64,000 nucleotides of DNA. It comes from Macrostomum lignano (Eukaryota). Made by a program: the position numbers and the translations under genes. Shown one piece after another: positions 22,863 to 34,709 of the stretch (the stretch's first letter is position 1; each line of letters begins with the position of its first letter). The stretch spans positions 1 to 64,000 of the forward strand of contig NIVC01003569.1 of assembly GCA_002269645.1 (NCBI GenBank), in the 5' to 3' direction. Below the pieces are notes generated by a model that was not told the origin of the DNA, searched no databases, and saw only the letters and a list, made by a program, of their open reading frames with translations.

Positions 22863-25088
22863 CAAGAAATCCTGCCGGCCGAAGTCCGGTCCTCGCCGCT
22901 GCCCGACCTATGTGACCCGGAGACGGCCACATGGGAACGCGCGGCCAAGGTTCGGGTGACTGTCCTGGCCCTCGGCGCCTCTACCTGGTCAGACGAGAGC
23001 AGCCTGGACGACCACCTGTGCCGGGCCAATGCGATGCTGCCCCCGACCGAGGACTCATCCTGCTGCTCGTCGGGACGACTGAGGACCAGCTGGCGGAGAC
23101 CAAGTCTAAAGTCTCCCTACCTGTCTACCGGCGCTGGGTAAGTGCGGCCGTTCCCTCTGTCCCTAATATCCCCCCGCTCTTGTTCCTCTCATTAGGACTC
23201 ACTGGACAAACCTCGCTGCCAGGAGGGCCCCATAGGGCTCAACCAGAATTTGCTCGTTCTCCATCCCACCTTTTCACCTGACCCCCCGACCCTCTCTCTC
23301 TCCTTCAGAAGGGGCTAAATTTCGTCCCCACAAACAACAAAATCTTTCTCCCTAGACTTCACCAAGACACCATCGAGTTCACCCGCCGTCTTCAATGGGC
23401 TGAAAAAATCTCATCGCCCGAGCTCGGGCGCCCTCTCACCCCTCTGTGGTCCCTCTGCCAGATCCCCCCCCCCGCCCAGCCATTTCCCAAGCTACCCTGG
23501 ACTTCTGCGAGGAACTCCTTGAGGAGGCCGCGGAACGATCCGCCCTCAAGGCTCTCAGGGATGACCCCTCCATCATTATCAGGAACGCCGACAAAGGCGG
23601 CGCCATCGTAATCTCCCACACCAGGGATTACACCTTTGAAATCCTTTCTCAGCTTGGGGATAGGAATTTCTATTCCCCATCGCGGGCCCCATCTTTCCTG
23701 AGACCAAGGATCGCATCCAGGCCATTCTGTACATCTCAAACTCCAGGGGTATCTGTCAGCTAGACAGCATTCCTTCCTCTCCCCTCCGGATAACCCCGCC
23801 CCAGACACTTCTACACCCTCCCGAAGATCCACAAGGATCCCGCTTCTTGGCTCCTCCCTTCTCGGCTACCCAAGGGGCGCCCCATCGTCAGTGGCTGCTC
23901 CTCCGAATCCATTGGGGCTGAGAAGCTTAATTTTAGCTCATCGATCACTTCCTCAAACCTTTGGCCCAGGCCCAACCTTCCTTCATTAGGGACTCCATTC
24001 ACTTCAAGGCGCTCCTTGAAAATCTCCCAGTCTCCCCTTCCACTCTCCTGGCTACCATGGACGTGGCCTCCCTGTACACCATGATTGACACCTCTGATGG
24101 CCTCCGCGCCATCAAACACTTCTTTCAAACCAACCCTGACCCTCTCAGACCAGACTCTGACATCCTCCGCCTCCTCCAAATCTGCCTCGACCGCAACGAT
24201 TTCTGCTTTCGGGTCTCTGGTTCCTCCAATCAAAGGGCACTGCCATGGGCAAAATCTTCGCCCCCAACTATACCTGCCTTTTCATGAGCCACTGGGAACA
24301 AGCGGCGCTCAACACCGCCCTGTCCCACTCCATCTCCCCGGGCACCTTCCTCCGCTACATCGACGACATCTTCGTCACCCTGGATGGGCCCTCCTCCACG
24401 GCTCAGAAATTCCTGGACATCCTAAATGCCCAGGACCCCAACATCCAACTTTCTCTCACCGTCTCTTCTTCCTCCGTTGACTTCCTGGATCTCTCAGTCA
24501 AGATCTCGGACTCCTCGCTCCACACTTCTATCTACTCAAAACCCACTAGCTCACTTCTCCTGCTTCACATGGCTTCGGCTCACCCCAAACACACCTTCAA
24601 GGGGGTTCTCAAATCCAGATCTACGGGCTGCATGCCTCTGCGATTCCTACTCTGATTTTTCCTCTTTCTGCCGCACCCTCTGCCGCTCCCTCCACTCTGT
24701 CGGATACTCCTTCTCCTTCTTCAGCAACACCAAGGCCTCCGTCCTGGCCCAACTTGGCTGGCCTCAAACCATCCCACGTCCCATCCTCATCCCAAAAGGA
24801 TTCCAATCCTGCAACTCTGCCCGCTGCAGAACCTGCCCCCACGCCATCCCCAGGATCTCTTTTCAGGGCCCCTCCCCTGCCTCTGCTTTTCTCATCTCCC
24901 AATCTCTCTCCTGCGCCTCTTCCCACCTCATCTACGGCATTTCCTGCCTCCGCTGTCTTCCCTCCTCCAACCTCTACGTGGGCTGTACTACCAATACCCT
25001 GAGAGACCGTCTGAACGGCTACCGCTCGGACATTAGACTCAACAAGGACAAACCCAGAATTTTGTCCTATTGTTTTATTAGTAAATAA
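22863..25088 (+). mobile_element. Penelope-like retroelement (Neptune-like), RT plus GIY-YIG endonuclease, frameshifted and 3'-truncated
   Basis: LLQKGLNFVPT; IIIRNADKGGAIVI; YTLPKIHK; GRPIVSG; TMDVASLYT; GTAMGKIFAPNY; FLRYIDDIF; IYSKPT; Zn-finger-like CNSARCRTCPH; LIYGISCLRC..LYVGCTTNTLRDRL. Confidence 0.92.
23138..23195 (+). other. Candidate 58-nt spliceosomal intron inside the Penelope element
   Basis: GTAAGT donor, CCCTAAT branch-point-like motif (23161), polypyrimidine tract and TAG acceptor. Removal joins the upstream frame (..VYRRW) to DSLDKPRC..NLLVLHPTFSP at phase 0. Confidence 0.55.
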
Positions 25089-25202
25089 GCCCAGAATTAA
25101 AATGAGAATTCGATTCCTAGTCCACTCCCTAAGAATTCTTTTCATTTTACAGGATTCGTCCCTTGCTTATTGGCCACCCCGAGGGGGGCGCTAGATTGCT
25201 AG

Positions 25203-25512
25203 TGACGCTTCTATGATTGTTTACATGACGCTTCTATGATTGTTTACATGACGCTTCTATGATTGTTTACATGACGCTTCTACGATTTTTTACATGACGC
25301 TTCTATGATTGTGTTACATGACGCTTCTATGATTGTTTACATGACGCTTCTATGATTGTTTACATGACGCTTCTATGATTGTTTACATGACGTTTCTATG
25401 ATTTTTTACATGACGCTTTTATGATTTTTACATGACGCTTCTATGATTGTTTACATGACGCTTCTATGATTGTTTACATGACGCTTCTATGATTTTTTAG
25501 CATGACGCTTCT
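25203..25512. repeat. 23-bp satellite (TGACGCTTCTATGATTGTTTACA)n running into the gap
   Basis: About 13 copies with few variants. Confidence 0.95.
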
Positions 25513-25751
25513 NNNNNNNNNNNNNNNNNNNNNNNNNNNNNNNNNNNNNNNNNNNNNNNNNNNNNNNNNNNNNNNNNNNNNNNNNNNNNNNNNNNNNNNN
25601 NNNNNNNNNNNNNNNNNNNNNNNNNNNNNNNNNNNNNNNNNNNNNNNNNNNNNNNNNNNNNNNNNNNNNNNNNNNNNNNNNNNNNNNNNNNNNNNNNNNN
25701 NNNNNNNNNNNNNNNNNNNNNNNNNNNNNNNNNNNNNNNNNNNNNNNNNNN
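25513..25751. other. Assembly gap (239 N)
   Basis: Run of N. Confidence 1.
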
Positions 25752-28700
25752 AACCCTAACCCTAACCCAACCCTAACCCTAACCCTAACCTAACCCTAAC
25801 CCTAACCCTAACCCTAACCCTAACCCTAACCCTAACCCTAACCCTAACCCTAACCCTAACCCTAACCCTAACCCTAACCCTAACCCTAACCCTAACCCTA
25901 ACCTAACCCTAACCCTTAACCCTAACCTAACCCTACCTAACCTAACCCTAACCCTAACCCTAACCCTAACCCTAACCCTAACCCTAACCCTAACCCTAAC
26001 CCTAACCTAACCCTAACCCTAACCCTAACCCTAACCCTAACCCTAACCCTAACCCTAACCCTAACCCTAACCCTAACCCTAACCCTAACCCTAACCCTAA
26101 CCCTAACCCTAACCCTAACCCTAACCCTAACCCTAACCCTAACCCTAACCTAACCTAACCCTAACCCTAACCCTAACCCTAACCCTAACCCTAACCCTAA
26201 CCCTAACCCTAACCCTAACCCTAACCCTAACCCTAACCCTAACCCTAACCCTAACCCTAACCTAACCCTAACCCTAACCCTAACCCTAACCCTAACCCTA
26301 ACCCTAACCCTAACCCTAACCCTAACCCTAACCCTAACCCTAACCCTAACCCTAACCCTAACCCTAACCCTAACCCTAACCCTAACCCTAACCCTAACCC
26401 TAACCCTAACCCTAACCCTAACCCTAACCCTAACCCTAACCCTAACCCTAACCCTAACCCTAACCCTAACCCTAACCCTAACCCTAACCCTAACCCTAAC
26501 CCTAACCCTAACCCTAACCCTAACCCTAACCCTAACCTAACCCTAACCCTAACCCTAACCCTAACCCTAACCCTAACCCTAACCCTAACCCTAACCCTAA
26601 CCCTAACCCTAACCCTAACCCTAACCCTAACCCTAACCCTAACCCTAACCCTAACCCTAACCCTAACCCTAACCCTAACCCTAACCCTAACCCTAACCCT
26701 AACCCTAACCCTAACCCTAACCCTAACCCTAACCCTAACCCTAACCCTAACCCTAACCCTAACCCTAACCCTAACCCTAACCCTAACCCTAACCCTAACC
26801 CTAACCCTAACCCTAACCCTAACCCTAACCCTAACCCTAACCCTAACCCTAACCCTAACCCTAACCCTAACCCTAACCCTAACCCTAACCCTAACCCTAA
26901 CCCTAACCCTAACCCTAACCCTAACCCTAACCCTAACCCTAACCCTAACCTAACCCTAACCCTAACCCTAACCCTAACCCTAACCCTAACCCTAACCCTA
27001 ACCCTAACCCTAACCCTAACCCTAACCCTAACCTAACCCTAACCCTAACCCTAACCCTAACCCTAACCCTAACCCTAACCCTAACCCTAACCCTAACCCT
27101 AACCCTAACCCTAACCCTAACCCTAACCCTAACCCTAACCCTAACCCTAACCCTAACCCTAACCCTAACCCTAACCCTAACCCTAACCCTAACCCTAACC
27201 CTAACCCTAACCCTAACCCTAACCCTAACCTAACCCTAACCCTAACCCTAACCCTAACCCTAACCCTAACCCTAACCCTAACCCTAACCCTAACCCTAAC
27301 CCTAACCCTAACCCTAACCCTAACCCTAACCCTAACCCTAACCCTAACCCTAACCCTAACCTAACCCTAACCCTAACCCTAACCCTAACCCTAACCTAAC
27401 CCTAACCCTAACCCTAACCCTAACCCTAACCCTAACCCTAACCCTAACCCTAACCCTAACCCTAACCCTAACCCTAACCCTAACCCTAACCCTAACCCTA
27501 ACCCTAACCCTAACCCTAACCCTAACCCTAACCCTAACCCTAACCCTAACCCTAACCCTAACCCTAACCCTAACCCTAACCCTAACCCTAACCTAACCCT
27601 AACCCTAACCCTAACCCTAACCCTAACCCTAACCCTAACCCTAACCCTAACCCTAACCCTAACCCTAACCCTAACCCTAACCCTAACCCTAACCCTAACC
27701 CTAACCCTAACCCTAACCCTAACCCTAACCCTAACCCTAACCCTAACCCTAACCCTAACCCTAACCCTAACCCTAACCCTAACCCTAACCCTAACCCTAA
27801 CCCTAACCTAACCCTAACCCTAACCCTAACCCTAACCCTAACCCTAACCCTAACCCTAACCCTAACCCTAACCCTAACCCTAACCCTAACCCTAACCCTA
27901 ACCCTAACCCTAACCCTAACCCTAACCCTAACCCTAACCCTAACCCTAACCCTAACCCTAACCCTAACCCTAACCCTAACCCTAACCCTAACCCTAACCC
28001 TAACCCTAACCCTAACCCTAACCCTAACCCTAACCCTAACCCTAACCCTAACCCTAACCCTAACCCTAACCCTAACCCTAACCCTAACCCTAACCCTAAC
28101 CCTAACCCTAACCCTAACCCTAACCCTAACCCTAACCCTAACCCTAACCCTAACCCTAACCCTAACCTAACCCTAACCCTAACCCTAACCCTAACCCTAA
28201 CCCTAACCCTAACCCTAACCCTAACCCTAACCCTAACCCTAACCCTAACCCTAACCCTAACCCTAACCCTAACCCTAACCCTAACCCTAACCCTAACCCT
28301 AACCCTAACCCTAACCCTAACCCTAACCCTAACCCTAACCCTAACCCTAACCCTAACCCTAACCCTAACCCTAACCCTAACCCTAACCCTAACCCTAACC
28401 CTAACCCTAACCCTAACCCTAACCCTAACCCTAACCCTAACCTAACCCTAACCCTAACCCTAACCTAACCCTAACCCTAACCCTAACCCTAACCCTAACC
28501 CTAACCCTAACCCTAACCCTAACCCTAACCCTAACCCTAACCCTAACCCTAACCCTAACCCTAACCCTAACCCTAACCCTAACCCTAACCCTAACCCTAA
28601 CCCTAACCCTAACCCTAACCCTAACCCTAACCCTAACCCTAACCCTAACCCTAACCCTAACCCTAACCCTAACCCTAACCCTAACCCTAACCCTAACCCT

Positions 28701-31700
28701 AACCCTAACCCTAACCCTAACCTAACCCTAACCCTAACCCTAACCCTAACCCTAACCCTAACCCTAACCCTAACCCTAACCCTAACCCTAACCCTAACCC
28801 TAACCCTAACCCTAACCCTAACCCTAACCCTAACCCTAACCCTAACCCTAACCCTAACCCTAACCCTAACCCTAACCCTAACCCTAACCCTAACCCTAAC
28901 CCTAACCCTAACCCTAACCCTAACCCTAACCCTAACCCTAACCTAACCCTAACCCTAACCCTAACCCTAACCCTAACCCTAACCCTAACCCTAACCCTAA
29001 CCCTAACCCTAACCCTAACCCTAACCCTAACCCTAACCCTAACCCTAACCCTAACCCTAACCCTAACCCTAACCCTAACCCTAACCCTAACCCTAACCCT
29101 AACCCTAACCCTAACCCTAACCCTAACCCTAACCCTAACCCTAACCCTAACCCTAACCCTAACCCTAACCCTAACCCTAACCCTAACCCTAACCCTAACC
29201 CTAACCCTAACCCTAACCCTAACCTAACCCTAACCCTAACCCTAACCCTAACCCTAACCCTAACCCTAACCCTAACCCTAACCCTAACCCTAACCCTAAC
29301 CCTAACCCTAACCCTAACCCTAACCCTAACCCTAACCCTAACCCTAACCCTAACCCTAACCCTAACCCTAACCCTAACCTAACCCTAACCCTAACCCTAA
29401 CCCTAACCCTAACCCTAACCCTAACCCTAACCCTAACCCTAACCCTAACCCTAACCCTAACCCTAACCCTAACCCTAACCCTAACCCTAACCCTAACCCT
29501 AACCCTAACCCTAACCCTAACCCTAACCCTAACCCTAACCCTAACCCTAACCCTAACCCTAACCCTAACCCTAACCCTAACCCTAACCCTAACCCTAACC
29601 CTAACCCTAACCCTAACCCTAACCCTAACCCTAACCCTAACCCTAACCCTAACCCTAACCCTAACCCTAACCCTAACCCTAACCCTAACCTAACCCTAAC
29701 CCTAACCCTAACCCTAACCCTAACCCTAACCCTAACCCTAACCCTAACCCTAACCCTAACCCTAACCCTAACCCTAACCCTAACCCTAACCCTAACCCTA
29801 ACCCTAACCCTAACCCTAACCCTAACCCTAACCCTAACCCTAACCCTAACCCTAACCCTAACCCTAACCCTAACCCTAACCCTAACCCTAACCCTAACCC
29901 TAACCCTAACCCTAACCCTAACCCTAACCCTAACCCTAACCCTAACCCTAACCCTAACCCTAACCCTAACCCTAACCCTAACCCTAACCCTAACCCTAAC
30001 CCTAACCCTAACCCTAACCCTAACCCTAACCCTAACCCTAACCCTAACCCTAACCCTAACCCTAACCCTAACCCTAACCCTAACCCTAACCCTAACCCTA
30101 ACCCTAACCCTAACCCTAACCCTAACCCTAACCCTAACCCTAACCCTAACCCTAACCCTAACCCTAACCCTAACCCTAACCCTAACCCTAACCCTAACCC
30201 TAACCCTAACCCTAACCCTAACCCTAACCCTAACCCTAACCCTAACCCTAACCCTAACCCTAACCCTAACCCTAACCCTAACCCTAACCCTAACCCTAAC
30301 CCTAACCCTAACCCTAACCCTAACCCTAACCCTAACCCTAACCCTAACCTAACCCTAACCCTAACCCTAACCCTAACCCTAACCCTAACCCTAACCCTAA
30401 CCCTAACCCTAACCCTAACCCTAACCCTAACCCTAACCCTAACCCTAACCCTAACCCTAACCCTAACCCTAACCCTAACCCTAACCCTAACCCTAACCCT
30501 AACCCTAACCCTAACCCTAACCCTAACCCTAACCCTAACCCTAACCCTAACCCTAACCCTAACCCTAACCCTAACCCTAACCCTAACCCTAACCCTAACC
30601 CTAACCCTAACCCTAACCCTAACCCTAACCCTAACCCTAACCCTAACCCTAACCCTAACCCTAACCCTAACCCTAACCCTAACCCTAACCCTAACCCTAA
30701 CCCTAACCCTAACCCTAACCCTAACCCTAACCCTAACCCTAACCCTAACCCTAACCCTAACCCTAACCCTAACCCTAACCCTAACCCTAACCCTAACCCT
30801 AACCCTAACCCTAACCCTAACCCTAACCCTAACCCTAACCCTAACCCTAACCCTAACCCTAACCCTAACCCTAACCCTAACCCTAACCCTAACCCTAACC
30901 CTAACCCTAACCCTAACCCTAACCCTAACCCTAACCCTAACCCTAACCCTAACCCTAACCCTAACCCTAACCCTAACCCTAACCCTAACCCTAACCCTAA
31001 CCCTAACCCTAACCCTAACCCTAACCCTAACCCTAACCCTAACCCTAACCCTAACCCTAACCCTAACCCTAACCCTAACCCTAACCCTAACCCTAACCCT
31101 AACCCTAACCCTAACCCTAACCCTAACCCTAACCCTAACCCTAACCCTAACCCTAACCCTAACCCTAACCCTAACCCTAACCCTAACCCTAACCCTAACC
31201 CTAACCCTAACCCTAACCCTAACCCTAACCCTAACCCTAACCCTAACCCTAACCCTAACCCTAACCCTAACCCTAACCCTAACCCTAACCCTAACCCTAA
31301 CCCTAACCCTAACCCTAACCCTAACCCTAACCCTAACCCTAACCCTAACCCTAACCCTAACCCTAACCCTAACCCTAACCCTAACCCTAACCCTAACCCT
31401 AACCCTAACCCTAACCCTAACCTAACCCTAACCCTAACCCTAACCCTAACCCTAACCCTAACCCTAACCCTAACCCTAACCCTAACCCTAACCCTAACCC
31501 TAACCCTAACCCTAACCCTAACCCTAACCCTAACCCTAACCCTAACCCTAACCCTAACCCTAACCCTAACCCTAACCCTAACCCTAACCCTAACCCTAAC
31601 CCTAACCCTAACCCTAACCCTAACCCTAACCCTAACCCTAACCCTAACCCTAACCCTAACCCTAACCCTAACCCTAACCCTAACCCTAACCCTAACCCTA

Positions 31701-33547
31701 ACCCTAACCCTAACCCTAACCCTAACCCTAACCCTAACCCTAACCCTAACCCTAACCCTAACCCTAACCCTAACCCTAACCCTAACCCTAACCCTAACCC
31801 TAACCCTAACCCTAACCCTAACCCTAACCCTAACCCTAACCCTAACCCTAACCCTAACCCTAACCCTAACCCTAACCCTAACCCTAACCCTAACCCTAAC
31901 CCTAACCCTAACCCTAACCCTAACCCTAACCCTAACCCTAACCCTAACCCTAACCCTAACCCTAACCCTAACCCTAACCCTAACCCTAACCCTAACCCTA
32001 ACCCTAACCCTAACCCTAACCCTAACCCTAACCCTAACCCTAACCCTAACCCTAACCCTAACCCTAACCCTAACCCTAACCCTAACCCTAACCCTAACCC
32101 TAACCCTAACCCTAACCCTAACCCTAACCCTAACCCTAACCCTAACCCTAACCCTAACCCTAACCCTAACCCTAACCCTAACCCTAACCCTAACCCTAAC
32201 CCTAACCCTAACCCTAACCCTAACCCTAACCCTAACCCTAACCCTAACCCTAACCCTAACCCTAACCCTAACCCTAACCCTAACCCTAACCCTAACCCTA
32301 ACCCTAACCCTAACCCTAACCCTAACCCTAACCCTAACCCTAACCCTAACCCTAACCCTAACCCTAACCCTAACCCTAACCCTAACCCTAACCCTAACCC
32401 TAACCCTAACCCTAACCCTAACCCTAACCCTAACCCTAACCCTAACCCTAACCCTAACCCTAACCCTAACCCTAACCCTAACCCTAACCCTAACCCTAAC
32501 CCTAACCCTAACCCTAACCCTAACCCTAACCCTAACCCTAACCCTAACCCTAACCCTAACCCTAACCCTAACCCTAACCCTAACCCTAACCCTAACCCTA
32601 ACCCTAACCCTAACCCTAACCCTAACCCTAACCCTAACCCTAACCCTAACCCTAACCCTAACCCTAACCCTAACCCTAACCCTAACCCTAACCCTAACCC
32701 TAACCCTAACCCTAACCCTAACCCTAACCCTAACCCTAACCCTAACCCTAACCCTAACCCTAACCCTAACCCTAACCCTAACCCTAACCCTAACCCTAAC
32801 CCTAACCCTAACCCTAACCCTAACCCTAACCCTAACCCTAACCCTAACCCTAACCCTAACCCTAACCCTAACCCTAACCCTAACCCTAACCCTAACCCTA
32901 ACCCTAACCCTAACCCTAACCCTAACCCTAACCCTAACCCTAACCCTAACCCTAACCCTAACCCTAACCCTAACCCTAACCCTAACCCTAACCCTAACCC
33001 TAACCCTAACCCTAACCCTAACCCTAACCCTAACCCTAACCCTAACCCTAACCCTAACCCTAACCCTAACCCTAACCCTAACCCTAACCCTAACCCTAAC
33101 CCTAACCCTAACCCTAACCCTAACCCTAACCCTAACCCTAACCCTAACCCTAACCCTAACCCTAACCCTAACCCTAACCCTAACCCTAACCCTAACCCTA
33201 ACCCTAACCCTAACCCTAACCCTAACCCTAACCCTAACCCTAACCCTAACCCTAACCCTAACCCTAACCCTAACCCTAACCCTAACCCTAACCCTAACCC
33301 TAACCCTAACCCTAACCCTAACCCTAACCCTAACCCTAACCCTAACCCTAACCCTAACCCTAACCCTAACCCTAACCCTAACCCTAACCCTAACCCTAAC
33401 CCTAACCCTAACCCTAACCCTAACCCTAACCCTAACCCTAACCCTAACCCTAACCCTAACCCTAACCCTAACCCTAACCCTAACCCTAACCCTAACCCTA
33501 ACCCTAACCCTAACCCTAACCCTAACCCTAACCCTAACCCTAACCCT
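25752..33547 (+). repeat. Telomeric (CCCTAA)n array, ~7.8 kb
   Basis: About 1300 units of the canonical metazoan TTAGGG repeat, C-rich on the plus strand (left-arm orientation). Confidence 0.99.
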
Positions 33548-34161
33548 TTTAGTCCCTACCCCAAATTTCATTGTCTCCAATTTCCAATTCTTAAATCCCT
33601 CTCTCTCCCTCTCCTATCTCACCAATGCACACACCCTTTAGCCCCTCTAATTCCCTCTCCCCGCCGCATACCACGTGCGCCCATCCTCGCCCTGTATTTC
33701 CTCTTACTCTCGCTAATTCCCACCCCCAGTTTTTCCTTCTTGAGTCCCTGCCTCCACTGCGCCACACTCTCACTGGCACGTCGCTCCTATCTCTCTCATA
33801 CTTTCTCTCTCCGGCTCCCATTCCATCCATTCTTTCTCTCTCCCACCCTCTCCCCCAGCCACTCACGACCCCCAATTTTTCTCCTCTGCGTTCTCATTTG
33901 CTCCTTGTACCCCACGCGCGCTCCCATTCGCTGTAACCTCCCCTCAGATTTTATATTTATTAAATATACCAGACTCAACTTAGATGTCTCTACTAACTAG
34001 CTCCTGATGAAGGTTAATCTTAACCGAAACGCGTCGAGCACCAAATCCATTTCTAGCTTCTGTCTTTTAGCCTTCCTTATTTTAAGTGGTTCAGCGGCCG
34101 ACTGGTCTGACGGATCAGTAACCCTTGTTCTAACCCTAACCCTAACCCTAACCCTAACCCT
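33548..34161 (+). mobile_element. 5'-truncated Penelope-type 3' end/pseudo-LTR with hammerhead ribozyme and (CCCTAA)5 tail
   Basis: C/T-rich tract with the same strand bias as the PLE at 22863-25088, a canonical HHR at 34000-34039, and a terminal TAACCCTTGTTCTAACCC(TAACCC)n. Confidence 0.75.
34000..34039 (+). ncRNA. Minimal type I hammerhead ribozyme
   Basis: Stem I GCTC/GAGC, CTGATGA core (34004-34010), stem II GGTTA/TAACC, GAAA, short palindromic stem III AC-GC-GT, and GTC cleavage triplet ending at 34035. Confidence 0.88.
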
Positions 34162-34502
34162 GATTATTTCGAAGATGCTATGGGTGGATGTCAGTGGATT
34201 ATGTCAGTGTCAGTGAGCATAACAGGTGTTGGTGGACATTTGTTATGCTCTGATTCTGTCAGGGATACTATGGATGGATTTAATGGGATTATGGAGGACG
34301 TTTTGTGAGCGAGTGCGACCCCCCTTTTTTCCGATTCTGTCAGGGATAATATGGATGGATTTAATGGGATTATGTTCCAAGTTTTCGGAGCAAGGGCGAG
34401 CCCCCTTTTTTCTGATTCTGTTGGGGATAATATGGATGGATTTAATGGGATTATGGAGGACGTGAAAAAATTTGTCCCAGAAGCCCCCTCATGCATTCTA
34501 CT
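34162..34502 (-). mobile_element. Polinton/Maverick TIR stub (outer ~340 bp of one end)
   Basis: Reverse complement of 62797-63115, including the terminus (..CCCCCTCATGCATTCTACT) and the GATTCTGTCAGGGATAATATGGATGGATTTAATGGG repeats. Confidence 0.75.
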
Positions 34503-34621
34503 GCGTCGAGCACCAAATCCCTTTTTAGCTACTGTCTTTTTAGCCTTCCTTATTTTAAGTGTTCAGCGGCCGACTGGTCTGACGGATCAGTAACCCTTGT
34601 CCTAACCCTAACCCTAACCCT
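34503..34621 (+). mobile_element. Second pseudo-LTR 3' end (ribozyme interrupted) with (CCCTAA)3 tail
   Basis: Near-copy of 34031-34150, starting at GCGTCGAGCACC in the middle of HHR stem III and ending in CCTAACCCTAACCCTAACCC. Confidence 0.85.
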
Positions 34622-34709
34622 TGGCGAGACCTAGCTGGTCTTGAGAGTTGGTCTTGAGATGTGAATGTTTTATGATTTTTTAAAAGAGGGTAGTTTTGCA
34701 TTTTCCCCT

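Noticed and set aside
25752-31420. CCTAA/CCCTTAA variant units in the telomeric array as a patterned code
   Set aside because: Almost all are single-C losses, irregularly spaced and denser distally, as expected from homopolymer or low-coverage consensus error.
30344-33580. 1078-aa ORF of (RV)n/(LG)n
   Set aside because: Translation of the telomeric repeat. The apparent RV-to-LG switch is a single-base slip in the array.
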